A stretch of 63,093 nt of DNA, filler included, from Stramenopiles sp. TOSAG23-2 (Eukaryota), in the NCBI GenBank assembly GCA_900128395.1. It is 6 parts of 6 records of this genome, joined end to end, with 100 filler letters (N's around TTAATTAATTAA, not from the genome) between each part and the next. Parts side by side here need not be neighbours in the genome. Positions count along the whole stretch, not along the records: positions 1 to 28,129 come from LT649407.1; 5 more parts are not named here. One strand, 5' to 3'. The notes under the pieces were generated by a model. It did no database searches. It saw only the letters and a program-made list of their open reading frames with translations, and was not told where the DNA came from. Below are positions 14,467 through 26,817 of this stretch, one piece after another. The position numbers and the translations under genes are program-made. Within the stretch, counting starts at the first letter, position 1. Every line of letters starts with the position of its first letter.

Positions 14467-15272
14467 ATTTGAATTTTCGAGTTACAGTTGTAAAAAAAAA
14501 AGTAGCAGCAACAATTGTATATTATGTCGAAAATTATATGACGTATTCTCTTTTCTTGTTATTATTTAATATTATTGGACACAGTTCCCGTTATTTCTAT
14601 TTGTAATATTGATTTTAAGACATTCCCAAGAGTATTATTATTGTTATTAGTATTATTATTATCAAAAATGCTGATTATTATTGTTGTGTGTGTATATATA
14701 TATATATTTATTTATATCTCTGACGTAACACCGTTTCAATTGAATATTGATTTATCTAATCTATTTACAATCTCTCTCTTGTGTATGTTGGGGATGGAAA
14801 TATATAATAAATATGTTGTATGTAAATTAATTTTATTATTAGAGGATATATATATTATTTAAAATAACAGGCGAATACAAGGGCGTGAATTAAATCAACT
14901 TCCGATTCCGTTATTACAATATTTTTTCGCACATCATCATATTTGATAAAATTAAAATACAAAAATATCGAAATAAATATTATTCATATTTTAAATAAAT
15001 ATCCGTCAAATGTACATGTGTAACAATATTATGTGCAATGTTATTTATATATTTTAATTTTCTCTATAAAATCTCGGTATTGACATTAGCTGGAACGCCA
15101 TCAATTCCGGCATTCGGCATTCTAAAAATTATGAATAAGTTCGATGAAGCACACGCCAGATACTGTAATAATAATAGTTGTAGAGATGATCATAAACCAA
15201 CAAAATGAAAACAAACAATATAATATACATACATATATATAAACAGATAAAAGTTATTTATTAAAAAAAAAA

Positions 15273-16007
15273 ATGAGAGTATTAGTAGGAGTAAAACGTG
15301 TCATTGATTATGCTGTAAAAGTAAATGTCATGGCAGATAAAACTGGTGTACAATTACAAAATGTGAAAATGTCTATGAACCCATTTTGTGAAATTGCTGT
15401 GGAAGAAGCTGTACGTTTAAAGGAAAAGAAAGTTGCAACGGAGGTAGTTGTAGTATCTATCGGTGAGAAAAAAGCGCAAGAAACGTTGAGGACGGCATTG
15501 GCTATGGGAGCAGATCGTGGAATACACATTGAAACAGATGCACGTACGGATCAAGAGTTACATCCATTAGCTGTTTCAAAATTATTAAAAGAAGTAGCAT
15601 TAAAAGAAGAACCAAACTTGATTATTACGGGGAAACAATCGATTGACGATGACTCTAACTGTACTGGACAAATGTTATCATATATGTTAGGATGGCCACA
15701 AGCAACGTTTGCTTCGGAAATCGAAGTGGATGGTGATAAAATAAATGTTACCCGTGAAATTGATGGTGGTTTACAACATGTTGAATGTGGATTGCCAGCA
15801 GTTGTCACTGCTGATTTGCGTTTAAACGAACCACGTTATGCAACTCTACCAAACATTATGAAAGCAAAGAAAAAACCAATTGAGACCATGTCACCAGATG
15901 ATTTAGGTGTTGATATTAGCTCCAAATTAAAAGTTGTTCATGTTGATGATCCACCAGTGCGTGAAGCTGGTATTAAAGTTGATGATGTTGATAGTTTAAA
16001 CCTGTGA
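15273..16007 (+). CDS. ETFB: Electron transfer flavoprotein beta subunit (C-terminus slightly short)
   Basis: [34 protein letters not shown] and [22 protein letters not shown] are ETF-beta signatures. Confidence 0.97.
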   Translation: MRVLVGVKRVIDYAVKVNVMADKTGVQLQNVKMSMNPFCEIAVEEAVRLKEKKVATEVVVVSIGEKKAQETLRTALAMGADRGIHIETDARTDQELHPLAVSKLLKEVALKEEPNLIITGKQSIDDDSNCTGQMLSYMLGWPQATFASEIEVDGDKINVTREIDGGLQHVECGLPAVVTADLRLNEPRYATLPNIMKAKKKPIETMSPDDLGVDISSKLKVVHVDDPPVREAGIKVDDVDSLNL

Positions 16008-16211
16008 TCGATCAGAAAACAGCACGAGAAATAATGAATAAACAACTGGTTTTATAGACTAATATTATTGTATATACAGAGGCCATTTGGAACACTTAGG
16101 TGTATGTGGAAGGAAACATTAACCAACCAGAGTTACCTATTTTTACTTTGTGTGTGTGTGTGTGTTTGTGTTTATATTCGTGATTTAGATATAGTTATAT
16201 AGTTTTAAATC

Positions 16212-16766
16212 ATGTCGTTATGGAGAGCATTTAAAGATAAGATATTGGCATTTAAGCCTGGTTCCATTAAATTTTACTTAAAAGCAAACGCAAAGTCAGC
16301 TGGACACGGTGGTTCATATCGTTATCCAGCCCCTGGTTCTCAACCACAAGCTTTTGTTCCTGGCCAGGAAAATGATGATTTGTTGTACGATACAAAGTAC
16401 TACACGCGTGATTCAAGACGCCATCCAGAGCCTGCGTTCGTTATCAGTGGACCTAAAACACCAAAACCTTTTATAGCAAATAGTGAACCATTACCGTTGT
16501 TAGGTAGTCCAGGGAATAATAATCCGGATGTATTAAAATATGATCCAACTGGATTACGTTCAGCAATGAGTACAACTAATGATCAACATCGGGAAGCAAT
16601 TCTAAAAGTGCGACCAACGCACTTACCACAACCATCGTGGTTGAAAGACCAAGGAAGTATATTAAAAGATTTAAAAGCAAAGGGATTACCACCTGTACCA
16701 GGTAAACCACACCATTGGGATATGCCGTTTGATACATATACAGATCATCCAGCATCAAGATGGTAA
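16212..16766 (+). CDS. Probable complex I accessory subunit (NDUFA7/B14.5a-like)
   Basis: YRYPAPGSQP and LYDTKYYTRDSRR; YYxRDxRR is typical of NDUFA7-type subunits. Pro-rich and basic. Confidence 0.55.
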   Translation: MSLWRAFKDKILAFKPGSIKFYLKANAKSAGHGGSYRYPAPGSQPQAFVPGQENDDLLYDTKYYTRDSRRHPEPAFVISGPKTPKPFIANSEPLPLLGSPGNNNPDVLKYDPTGLRSAMSTTNDQHREAILKVRPTHLPQPSWLKDQGSILKDLKAKGLPPVPGKPHHWDMPFDTYTDHPASRW

Positions 16767-17081
16767 AAGATCTTTTTTTTTGAAGAGAGAGAGATAGAGA
16801 AAACGCAGGCAGTGCGTAAAATCCTGTCAATATAAACTTGTGTGTGTACGCGTGTGTTCTTTTTGGGTATATTTATATTATTATAATATATATAAAGAGT
16901 ATTTTAAACATAAGAAAAGAGCGTGTAGATAGTGGTGCGTGTTTTATATTTTAAAAAAAATATTAAAATAAATGTAATGTGTGTTCTTTTTCCATATTTT
17001 TTTACATGTCGTGCATCGTAGATATATCATACATGTATCATATTATAAATTTTATCATTCATGCGTGCACGTACTCATCTC

Positions 17082-18947
17082 TCAGTTAAATTTATCTAAA
17101 ATTTTATGCAATAATGATTTTTCATCATTTCTTTTATTACCATAACCACGTTCTAAAATATTTAAATTTCGTGGTGCATCACTATAATCAACATTTCTTT
17201 CATGTTTAAATTCATTCCACATGGAATCATACATATTCTGTTGTTTAAAATTAATTGGTTGAACGCCACTATCTAACATCACTTCATACACTAAGACAGC
17301 ATCCTTTTCTCTTCCAGCTGCGCGTAAACGTGTTAAAAGTTGCTTTCGACGATGTAATAAAGCATGTTCTTTAAAATTTAAATATTTTGTCAATTGCTCA
17401 TCTACTTCAATACCTAATTCTGGTAATTTATTGTATACAAACTCACGCGCTTCTTCTTTTCTGCCTTCAAGCATTAAACTCTCAACGTATGGTATGTAGA
17501 AAATACTATCTGTTTCAATAATATCTTCGTAATATTTTAACTTTTCTAACAATTCTAAGCAAAGATCAGCACTACAAAGTGATCTCATAATGATTGTTAA
17601 ATTGTATTTATTCAATTTTCGGTTATTATAAAATAATTGAAAATATTGCAATGCTTTTGAACCATTCAATTGAGATGTAATGTTCTTTAATTTATAAATG
17701 CGCTTTTTCTTAATGGTTTCTTCCCAATTTTCCATACGAGTCAATTTAAATAAATTCAAAACTTTATGTGCTTTTTCTTGGCCAGTATAACCATCTATTT
17801 CTAGTTGATTAGAAATAATTTGTTTTACATCCTCAACATCAAAACATTCAATCAATAGTTGCTGGGTGAAATATTTATAACACTGTAAATTGACTTTTCC
17901 GACTATATGTTGGTTTTCACGCATCTCGTCAATTAGAAACTTTATATAGTGCGCATCATCACATATTGATAAAATTTGCACGTAATGTTCTGTTCTTGCA
18001 AGCATGTTGGCACGTAATTGATTAAAAAACTCCCATGCTTTTCCAGTTCGCCAATTTTTAATCAAATGCATTATTAAGCTATGGCGATTTTTTGTTAATT
18101 GTACATTATTCATTAAAAATAAATGATTTAATTCTTCCGGTACTTCATCAAATGATCCTGTAAAATGGTGTGTGTGAATAATAGTTAGTATATCGAAGAA
18201 AATTTATATAGAGGGATGATTTGTTTCTATATATATATATATATATAGTGTGTGTGTGTGTGTTTGTGTATACGTACCAACATGTTCTAAATTATGTAAC
18301 ATAAATTCTTTTGCCATATCACGTTTACCTTCATAAATTAATCTAGAAACAATTGTATGTATCATAGTTAAATCTGGTTTAATGTTGGAATTATTCGTAC
18401 TAATAATCTTATTTGTCGCCTCGCCTTGTGAATGAACGTCGTTATTTACATTGCGTACAAGCTTATCAAAAATAAATAATTGTTTCCTTGCCGGTAACAT
18501 TGGTAAAATACTATTGTATTGATGAATGTTTAATTGATTTGCATTTTCTTCCTCTTTAAAACTTTTAATAATTGTTTTATAATCAAATTTTGGTTGATGA
18601 AAAACAATTTCGTTCATATGAAAAGATTTTAACCGAGGGTAAAATGGATGGCCTTTATGAAAGTGAGCCCCTTCCTCTTTGGTTGGTTCAAAAATCATAT
18701 CATAATATCGATATGTATCTTCAACACGTGTATAATTTTTAGATTGCCATGGTGTTTTGTTTATGTTTTTCTGTTTTTTTTCATTATTTTTTTTCAGTTT
18801 ATGTTGTCCGTTCTGATCATTATCACTCACTACATTTGTTGAAAATAAACGACGTGGGTGGTGGTAACGATATGATAGAAATTGTTTGGCGATAGATTTC
18901 ATCTTTTGTTTTAATATTTTGATTTTGTATCTATGTATCTGTTCCAT
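17082..18947 (-). CDS. Helical-repeat (PPR-like) probable mitochondrial protein; two exons
   Basis: Intron 18158..18277 (GTACGT...TTTTACAG on the - strand) joins the two ORFs in frame. Presequence-like RRLFST and degenerate PPR-like repeats (YNSILP, KPDLTMIHTIVSRL, AVLVYEVMLDSGVQP). Confidence 0.6.
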
Positions 18948-19341
18948 CTATACATGTCATCTGTCTATGATAAACCGTTATTCATCTCTTCTTAATATGT
19001 ATTTATATCCATTGGATATATGATGCCTTTCCATTTATGGTTGTTTATACTTAAATGTTAAATGTATACGATGGTTTTCCTATGATATATTCTCAAGCAT
19101 CTACACAGCACCTGAAACGTTGGGTTTAATTTCATCTCTCCAAAAAAGCTTTTTTTTTTACTTTGTTTTGATTGGACATTTGAATTTATAGGTGATAATT
19201 TATATATGTACATATGTTGTGTGTTACATTGTGTTTGGTAGATATTTGAATAGTGTTTCTTTTTTACAAACTTATTTATCATATATTAATTCATTTGATA
19301 CCAGCTGTCTGTATTAAAAATACAATATATTATAACATTGA

Positions 19342-22300
19342 ATGGATATAATAGGCAAGATGTTTCCATTTACACTTGTCAAAAAAAGTCATACAAATAA
19401 ATATAATATTAATAATTTTGTATCATTCCATCGTCCTTTTTATAACGTTTTATTGTTATTATTGTTATTATTCATTTTATTTTTAGATAGTAATAATAAT
19501 CGTTTTGGTCACATTTTTGTATATGCGGATGATCTAAATGGATTACCAAACCCACCACACCGACCGACATTTGTTGCGAAAACGGTAACAGCTACTACAG
19601 CAACTTTAAACTGGGCACCAGTACAAACGGATTCATCACCAGTAGTAGATTCTTTTGAAGTACAATTTAAACCTATATCGGATACGAACTGGCAAACAGC
19701 TTCTAGTACTGTTGGGAAGAGAGATAGTAATAAAGGGTTGAATGAGATTCAAATTATAACAACGCGTGCTGATGTAGGCCAGGATATTAATGATGGTTGG
19801 TTCCGTCTCTCATTGCATCATAAAGGATTAAATGATTTCGACCCGGAATCAGCAACTATGACTGATCGTATGCCATATAACGCCACTGCTTTGGAGGTTG
19901 AATATCAATTAAATATGTTAGCAAATATACAATTTACAGGCACAACAACTCATGTAACTCGTTCGTTACCAGATGCACAAGGTGGTTATCGATGGGCAGT
20001 CTCGTTTGAGCTTGGTGCAAATACCGTTGCACGAGGGGAGCAAAATGCACCATTCGATGGTACCTTACCAGCTGAAGATATACCATTACTTATATTGCAA
20101 CAAGAAAGTATTTCAGCTATATGGTCTGGTGGTGGGCTACAAGTACACCTATCAGAAGTTCGTAAAGGATCAACATTAGGTGGTGCGTGTGAGCAAACGA
20201 CGCCAACGCATGCAGGTGTTACTGGTCCTGATTATGAAAATGTTTTCATGGGTACACCAATTTGTAAATACAAAGTCGCATCGTTGCTAACGAATACACA
20301 TTATCATTTTCGTATACGTGCACATAATTTATTAGGATGGGGTCCATATAGTGGAATTAGTGAGCAAATATTAACCTTACGAGCATTTGCACCATTGACT
20401 CCAGCATCGCCAATGTACAGTTCCGGCAATAGTACCTCGATAACAGTACGTGCAGTGCCATTCGGCAATTTAGCAGACGGTGGGGAACCAATTACAGGAT
20501 GGGATTTTCAATATAGAATTGCAAATTCAGGTATTGCATGGATTCCATTTTCAGGCGGTTCCGCAAAAAGCACTTCCCCATACATGGAAGTTGCACGTGG
20601 TACTTCAGCAACAGTTGTTGGCTTGGAAAGCAATAGACAATATGAATTTCGTGTCCGTGGGCGGAATGTTATTGGGTATGGTCCATGGAGTGCAGGTAGT
20701 GAGCCAATGTCCACCTTAAGTGGTATTTCAATAGCACCATCAACCCCCGTAGTCGTTGAAAAAAGTATTTCTGAAACTACGATGGAATATCAATTTTTAC
20801 CACCAAGTGAAACAAATGGTGATACAATAGAAAAATATGAAATACATAGACGTAGTACATCTACGATAGAGAAAGGTGGGATATGGCATAGAGTTGGATA
20901 TATTGATGCAGAAAGTACAAAAGGTTTAAATGAAATACAATGGGTTCATACACGGGCGGATGTTGGTGAAAGCATTAATGATGGTTACTTTCGTTTGAAA
21001 TTTAATCATGGAGGATTAACAACAGCAGATCCTGAAAAAGGGACGATGACGGAGCGTATAAAATACGATGCAACTGCAAACGAGATGAAGCATGCTATTG
21101 AAAAATTAAAAAATGTACAAAAACTAATACGGGTTGAAAGGCACGGGCCAAATGTACAAGGTGGGTATTCATGGGAAGTCATGTTCGATGGAGAACATGA
21201 GAAAACACATGGTAATTTACCTATGATGCAATTGCATGACGAAGATATTACTGCACTTTGGACCGGTGGTGGTAGACAAGTTTACATCACGGAAGCACAA
21301 CGGGGCAGTACGAGGACCATATTGAACCAAATTACATTTAAATTGACAGGTTTGTTACCATATACTGTATATGAAACTCGTGTCCGATCTATTGGTAAAA
21401 ATGGTGTATCCACTTGGAGCAGTCCTCACAGTATTCCTGTCCGTACTAAACCAAAGTTAATGCAAGTATTGATAAAAGCACCTACCTCTACTAAATCTGT
21501 ATTGTTACTTCAAGGAAGTTTAAAAGATGCACCAAATACAATGGATCATGATTTTGCATCTGGTGCTTCATATGGAGGGGGTCTAGGTCAAAATGGGGGT
21601 AACGGCTTTGTAGTTATTACATCCTATTTGTACAACCAACAAAAGGCACCACAAACACCATTCTTTTACGTATGCCGGGGGCAGCCGTGCGAGGGTTACC
21701 CGCAGACATACACCGTCCCAGAGTCTACTGTTGAGGGAAGTAGCGTTGCTTTTGTTGAAATTAAAGCGTGGGGTGCTGGTGGTGGCGGTGGCTGTGGTAA
21801 TTTCACGCAAGGGGGTGCTGGTGGTTATGCGCAAATGAGAGCAAATGCTAAGTCTGGGGATACTTTCATTATCAGAATAGGAGGTGGTGGTGTTGGTTGC
21901 ACCGGGGAAGAAGGTGGCAATTCTGGCTACAACGGTGGCGGTGTCGGGGGCAAAGGTGATTTTGGTGGTGGCGGCGGTGGTGGAGCGACTGATGTATGGA
22001 AAGGTACTGAAATGGATCAATTGGTTTTAGTCGCTGGTGGCGGTGGTGGTGGTGGAAGTACGGATTATTGTTGTGCACATGGTGGTGCCGGTGGTGGTTA
22101 TGAAGGTGAAATGGGGCGTACTCCTCGAGCAACGCCGAAAGATAATACTGGAATCAATAAGAGAAAAGAATTCAGTACGCCAGGCCGTACGGATCCTAGA
22201 GATGAAATCGGTTTTGCTGCATATCATCAACATGTTGATATGGGTTTTGCCCCTGGAGCAAATTTGACTGAGTTGTCGACATCTGGTACAGGTGGTTCGT

Positions 22301-24921
22301 TAAGACAACTTAAAGGTGGCTTGCCTGGTGCTTCTGGTTCTTGGGAATATTCATTAGCTGGGGAAGTCTACCCATTATCAATAGAAGGAAGGCCTAAAAT
22401 TTCTGAAATCAGAGGTAGTAGCCCAGCTTCCGTAGCAACTGCTGGGCGAAGAGGTCAAGGGGGTAGAGGTCAATCTGGTAAAGAAGCAGGTGGTGGTGGA
22501 GGTGGTGGGTATTTCGGTGGTGGGGGTGGTGGAGCAGGTGTCGATGGGTCCGGTGGTGGTGGTGGCTGTGGATTTGTGAATAAATCTATTGTCTTTGACG
22601 AGGAGCATACATTTAGTTCCAGAGAAGCTTCTACACCAGAAAAGCCTGTAGCACCTCGTATAGATTATATGGATCATCGTTTAATTCGTTTATCTTGGAC
22701 ACCACCAAAATTTGGTTACTTGGCTGGACCAGCTAGTTATATTTTAGAAGTAGCTAGTGGCCCATCAAGTACTGATTTCAAAGAGATATATACCACTACT
22801 GGTCAAGGTACTACTGGTTTCAGAGGTACTATTATGCCAGATACGGATCAAACATCAATCAGCGAAGATGAGGACGAAGATCGCTTACTTTATACGTTCT
22901 TCGTTGAAGATAAATATACGGATGAAGTTGTTTCGGATATGATGCAAAGACCGATTTACCGTTTTCGAGTGCGTGCAACATCGCGTGCTCGTGGGAGTGG
23001 TTTTGTAAGTGAGCCTACCATCGTGGAAGTTCCAGGGTTACCATTGAATGAATGGACGAGGCTTGTGCCACGTCCATTCATGCTTGCCAGTGTTGGTGGT
23101 GGAAGACGTTTACATAATGGCCCAACATCTGAATTTGATCTCTATCCAGCTGCTAGAAGAGGCCACACGGTCGTGATGATAGGTGGATTTATGTATTTAT
23201 TCGGTGGTTGGCAAGAAGGATATCGTTGTGGCACACCATTTCAAAATGAACACAGGGCGGGTTTAGAAAATATTGATCCGGCGTTCCCTACACGGCCTTT
23301 TTGCAGGCGAAAACGGGGAACATCCAATGAATTATGGCGCTACGATCCTATAACCAACACATGGGCACAATTACGGACTCAAGGAACTTTGCCACCACCA
23401 CGTGAAATGCACACTGCCGTGGTGGATACTGCTAATCCTGGCTCGTTATATCATGGGAAGATGATCATATTTGGTGGCCATGGAGGTGGAAATGGCACAA
23501 CCAAGGATGGTGGACCAGGAGGATTGGAATATTTTGATGACATCTGGGAAATGGATCCTGATAGATTAACATATGAAACTACTGATGGGGGAGGAAAAAA
23601 TAAACCAATCCAAGATGGACGAAATTTATTTGTCAGTACATTTGCAAATGTAAGCTCAGATCGATGTTTAGTCGATGTTGATGTCACGGTAAACATAAAG
23701 CATGGATGTACACGTGATCTAATCATCGAGCTCTTAGGACCAAGCCATCGACACCAAGGTGTAAATCATCGAGAATCACAGCAAAGACAGCATGAACGTG
23801 GTCAATTTGATACTGGATCTGAAAGTGCGGCTGATCCACCACAAGCCAGGGACCAACGGACATTATTATTTGATGGTTTCGATGGAACAAGTTCTGGTTG
23901 CGGGGTCAATTTAGAAAACTTACGCTTTGATGATCGTGCAAACCGTACTGTTGAAGAATGCTGCCCAAGTCCATTTAAAGGCTCGTTTAGACCTGTATCC
24001 AAATTAAATGTTTACAATGATTTGCAAGTAAGAGGGGAATGGTCCTTACGAATCTATGATCAACGGGCCAATTCATTGAATGGTTCATTGGTAAACTGGG
24101 AATTGCATTTCACCATGCGTCCATGTGAGGCACGGTACAAATGGACAGATTTAAGTGCGCAAGTTAAAAGCAATAGTAATGGAGCGATCCCAAGCCCTCG
24201 TTATGGACATACTACCGTCGTAATCGATCATCAAATGTTCCTTTGGGGTGGACATGCATGGTCGCGCTATAAAGATTTATGGCGTTTGAATATTACGAGT
24301 AGAACATGGTATAAATTAAATACACGAGAGTACAGAGCACCAGAGCGTTATGGTCGTGCATCTGTCATTAGCCCATGGCAAATTTTGAATTTCGGTGGAT
24401 ATATGCACACTCGTTTTGCACCATTTCTATGGAAATATGATCCAATTAACTTTAAATGGACGCGTTTAGATACGTTCGGCGTTCCGGGTGGCCCAGTGAC
24501 GTATACACACCGTAGTACAGAGGAACCAACGCCGACGCTATATGGGGAAAATATGCCAGTAGCAAGGCAAATGACATCGCTAGTGTTAATTGGATTGAAA
24601 GGTACGCCATCAAGACAACGCGGTATATCACATCCGAAAATTTTGATGTTTGGTGGATATGATGGTATCGCATATATGGATGATTTGTGGCAATTAGATT
24701 TAAAATTGTTAGGAATCGATCATGATATGATTGGTGGTGGTGAAGAAGAAGTTAATTGGCGAAACAATTGTATATGGAGATTAAAAAAAGGATCTACGGA
24801 AGATAATTTATGGAAGAGTACATGTGATAGCCAAGGGAGTCAAACAGCAAATTGTTTAATTGATGATGTGTTGACGAGAGCATATTGTAGAAAGCAATAT
24901 CAAGGAATTATGAATTTTTAA
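19342..24921 (+). CDS. Secreted or membrane-anchored multidomain protein: FN3 repeats, Gly-rich domain, Kelch repeats, proprotein-convertase P domain
   Basis: Hydrophobic N-terminal stretch. FN3 motifs (YHFRIRAHNLLGWGPYS, YEFRVRGRNVIGYGPWS), GGGGG tracts (IKAWGAGGGGG, LVAGGGGGGG), Kelch motifs (RRGHT..MYLFGG, PPREMHT, PRYGHT) and a P domain (VTVNIKH..DL.I.L..P ... GEWSLRIYD...GSLVNWEL). Confidence 0.85.
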   Translation: MDIIGKMFPFTLVKKSHTNKYNINNFVSFHRPFYNVLLLLLLLFILFLDSNNNRFGHIFVYADDLNGLPNPPHRPTFVAKTVTATTATLNWAPVQTDSSPVVDSFEVQFKPISDTNWQTASSTVGKRDSNKGLNEIQIITTRADVGQDINDGWFRLSLHHKGLNDFDPESATMTDRMPYNATALEVEYQLNMLANIQFTGTTTHVTRSLPDAQGGYRWAVSFELGANTVARGEQNAPFDGTLPAEDIPLLILQQESISAIWSGGGLQVHLSEVRKGSTLGGACEQTTPTHAGVTGPDYENVFMGTPICKYKVASLLTNTHYHFRIRAHNLLGWGPYSGISEQILTLRAFAPLTPASPMYSSGNSTSITVRAVPFGNLADGGEPITGWDFQYRIANSGIAWIPFSGGSAKSTSPYMEVARGTSATVVGLESNRQYEFRVRGRNVIGYGPWSAGSEPMSTLSGISIAPSTPVVVEKSISETTMEYQFLPPSETNGDTIEKYEIHRRSTSTIEKGGIWHRVGYIDAESTKGLNEIQWVHTRADVGESINDGYFRLKFNHGGLTTADPEKGTMTERIKYDATANEMKHAIEKLKNVQKLIRVERHGPNVQGGYSWEVMFDGEHEKTHGNLPMMQLHDEDITALWTGGGRQVYITEAQRGSTRTILNQITFKLTGLLPYTVYETRVRSIGKNGVSTWSSPHSIPVRTKPKLMQVLIKAPTSTKSVLLLQGSLKDAPNTMDHDFASGASYGGGLGQNGGNGFVVITSYLYNQQKAPQTPFFYVCRGQPCEGYPQTYTVPESTVEGSSVAFVEIKAWGAGGGGGCGNFTQGGAGGYAQMRANAKSGDTFIIRIGGGGVGCTGEEGGNSGYNGGGVGGKGDFGGGGGGGATDVWKGTEMDQLVLVAGGGGGGGSTDYCCAHGGAGGGYEGEMGRTPRATPKDNTGINKRKEFSTPGRTDPRDEIGFAAYHQHVDMGFAPGANLTELSTSGTGGSLRQLKGGLPGASGSWEYSLAGEVYPLSIEGRPKISEIRGSSPASVATAGRRGQGGRGQSGKEAGGGGGGGYFGGGGGGAGVDGSGGGGGCGFVNKSIVFDEEHTFSSREASTPEKPVAPRIDYMDHRLIRLSWTPPKFGYLAGPASYILEVASGPSSTDFKEIYTTTGQGTTGFRGTIMPDTDQTSISEDEDEDRLLYTFFVEDKYTDEVVSDMMQRPIYRFRVRATSRARGSGFVSEPTIVEVPGLPLNEWTRLVPRPFMLASVGGGRRLHNGPTSEFDLYPAARRGHTVVMIGGFMYLFGGWQEGYRCGTPFQNEHRAGLENIDPAFPTRPFCRRKRGTSNELWRYDPITNTWAQLRTQGTLPPPREMHTAVVDTANPGSLYHGKMIIFGGHGGGNGTTKDGGPGGLEYFDDIWEMDPDRLTYETTDGGGKNKPIQDGRNLFVSTFANVSSDRCLVDVDVTVNIKHGCTRDLIIELLGPSHRHQGVNHRESQQRQHERGQFDTGSESAADPPQARDQRTLLFDGFDGTSSGCGVNLENLRFDDRANRTVEECCPSPFKGSFRPVSKLNVYNDLQVRGEWSLRIYDQRANSLNGSLVNWELHFTMRPCEARYKWTDLSAQVKSNSNGAIPSPRYGHTTVVIDHQMFLWGGHAWSRYKDLWRLNITSRTWYKLNTREYRAPERYGRASVISPWQILNFGGYMHTRFAPFLWKYDPINFKWTRLDTFGVPGGPVTYTHRSTEEPTPTLYGENMPVARQMTSLVLIGLKGTPSRQRGISHPKILMFGGYDGIAYMDDLWQLDLKLLGIDHDMIGGGEEEVNWRNNCIWRLKKGSTEDNLWKSTCDSQGSQTANCLIDDVLTRAYCRKQYQGIMNF

Positions 24922-25077
24922 AAAAGAAAAAAAGGGATAACACCACGAAGTATTTACGGTAAAAAAATATCTTGTTGTTGGTACGATTTCGTAAAAAACG
25001 AGACGCACACACACATAAAGCATGCTTCTTTTTTTTAAAAAAAATATACACATATATAGATTATATATTCGTTTTAT

Positions 25078-25962
25078 TTAACGTCTTCTGTTAAAGTTAC
25101 CTCCTCTTCTTCCTTTTCCTTTACCAAATCTTCCTCTTCCACCTCCTTGTTTTCGATTTTTACTTTGTTTTCTCATTTCGATAGAACGTTCAAAATGTTT
25201 CTTTTCCTCTTCTTCTGGTAGCATTGATACGAAAATTTGTTCGCCATTAATGTCTTTGATATCCTCACATGCTTTTTTAGCATTCTCTACTTCAGAGAAA
25301 CGAACTTCAGCATGATTTTCAAACATTTCTACAAATTCAACTTTACCAGCTGCACCAAATGCTTCTTTGATTTGACTAAAATGAATATCAACACCTTTCT
25401 TTTTAAGATCATCCAACCCATCAACTTTTAATACTGTACCTGGTTTCATTACTGGCGCTTTAAATTTACGCTTGTTGTCTCTTCTGTCAGTACTACGTGG
25501 TGTTTTTTTCCTGGACTGCGTACCAAATACAACATCTAAACATTTTCTGAAAGAAAAATCTTCACATGTGCCATCCGTACGAACAATAAAGAAACACATT
25601 GTACCCGTGTATTCAGGATGCTCGTCATATTTAAAACTTGCAAAGCCACATCCAATTTTTTCCAAATATTTTGGATGTTTCTCTAACAAAGCTTTCAATA
25701 CTGTTGCTGCTTTTCCATCAACGGTTGCACCACGGATTAAACTATCACGCAATGCACGCATGTAACTCCAGCATTCCTCCTTGTTTTGAAAGGTCATTTC
25801 ACCTAATTTACCACCAAATTTAACAGTTTTTACCAAGTTAATTTCTTTTGTGTATAAAATAGCTTTTGAGTTATTTGCTAATTCCCATGATAACTCCAAT
25901 ATACGTACACCATCTTCACGTGTATTTAAATATGTTGCTGGTCCTAATTTCGTATTTTCCAT
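25078..25962 (-). CDS. DUF3223 (DeCL-like) + RRM + RGG-tail protein
   Basis: LLEKHPKYLEKIGCG...HPEY...CFFIVRTDGTCEDFSFRKC matches DUF3223. RRM-like VLKVDGL..IKEAFG..GKVEFV..AEVRF and an RGG/FG tail follow. Start placed at MENTK (25962) because the upstream in-frame sequence is low-complexity. Confidence 0.8.
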   Translation of the reverse strand: MENTKLGPATYLNTREDGVRILELSWELANNSKAILYTKEINLVKTVKFGGKLGEMTFQNKEECWSYMRALRDSLIRGATVDGKAATVLKALLEKHPKYLEKIGCGFASFKYDEHPEYTGTMCFFIVRTDGTCEDFSFRKCLDVVFGTQSRKKTPRSTDRRDNKRKFKAPVMKPGTVLKVDGLDDLKKKGVDIHFSQIKEAFGAAGKVEFVEMFENHAEVRFSEVENAKKACEDIKDINGEQIFVSMLPEEEEKKHFERSIEMRKQSKNRKQGGGRGRFGKGKGRRGGNFNRRR

Positions 25963-26817
25963 GATATTGTTATTTAGTATGATTATATATAAATCTATAT
26001 CTTGTTGTTTTTGTTTTATTTTCTCCTGCTCTTTACTTGTATATAATTCTACACACACACACATATATATATCCATCTCATCTTCACATCATCCAGATAT
26101 ATATATATATTTGATGCATAACATATTCGCGAATCAATGGTTATGGTTGCAATCGGAGGAAGGAGGAAGGAAGGAAAATTGGCCAAATTAAAATACATTT
26201 TACTGCTGCTGTGGCACCAACGGAAATTTATTCGCAAAAAATAATTGATCTCTAATATTAGAAATATAATGTTATTTCTATTTTAATAAGGTAGGTTTAA
26301 GGTATTGGTATAATATTTGATATGTTGTTTTAGTCTGCGTCGTCAAACTCTTTCTTTCTAATCTTGTTTTAGTATTAATTTATAATCTGTTCCAACTATC
26401 CTTTGGTCTTTTGACAATAATTAAACAATACCCTTAATACCCATCATCAAATTTCACCATCCAGAAATTCTCTTCTTTTTTTTTTTTATTTGATATGAAG
26501 CGCCAATACCAACTTAATACAGTCCAGCAGTGTGTATATATATTATGTCTTGGTACATGCAAAAAAGAAATAATATAAAAGTAGTTTAAGTTCAAAACCA
26601 CAGGAATATATATATAGCAAGCCTGAAAAGCAAAAAAAGGTATTCAATATTATATATTAGATAGATAGATAGTCATCTCGTCTACATACAATAGTTTGAT
26701 ATACCAAGGTAAATAATAAATATCAGATATACAAATATATATATAAATTATATATTCCATTTATTATTACTTGAGAAGGTATATATACTTTCATAATCAC
26801 ATATCAGAATAATAATA

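Noticed and set aside
15960-16007. Biologically truncated ETF-beta C-terminus
   Set aside because: Only the last ~10 residues appear to be missing or replaced; a local assembly problem is more likely given the artefacts elsewhere.
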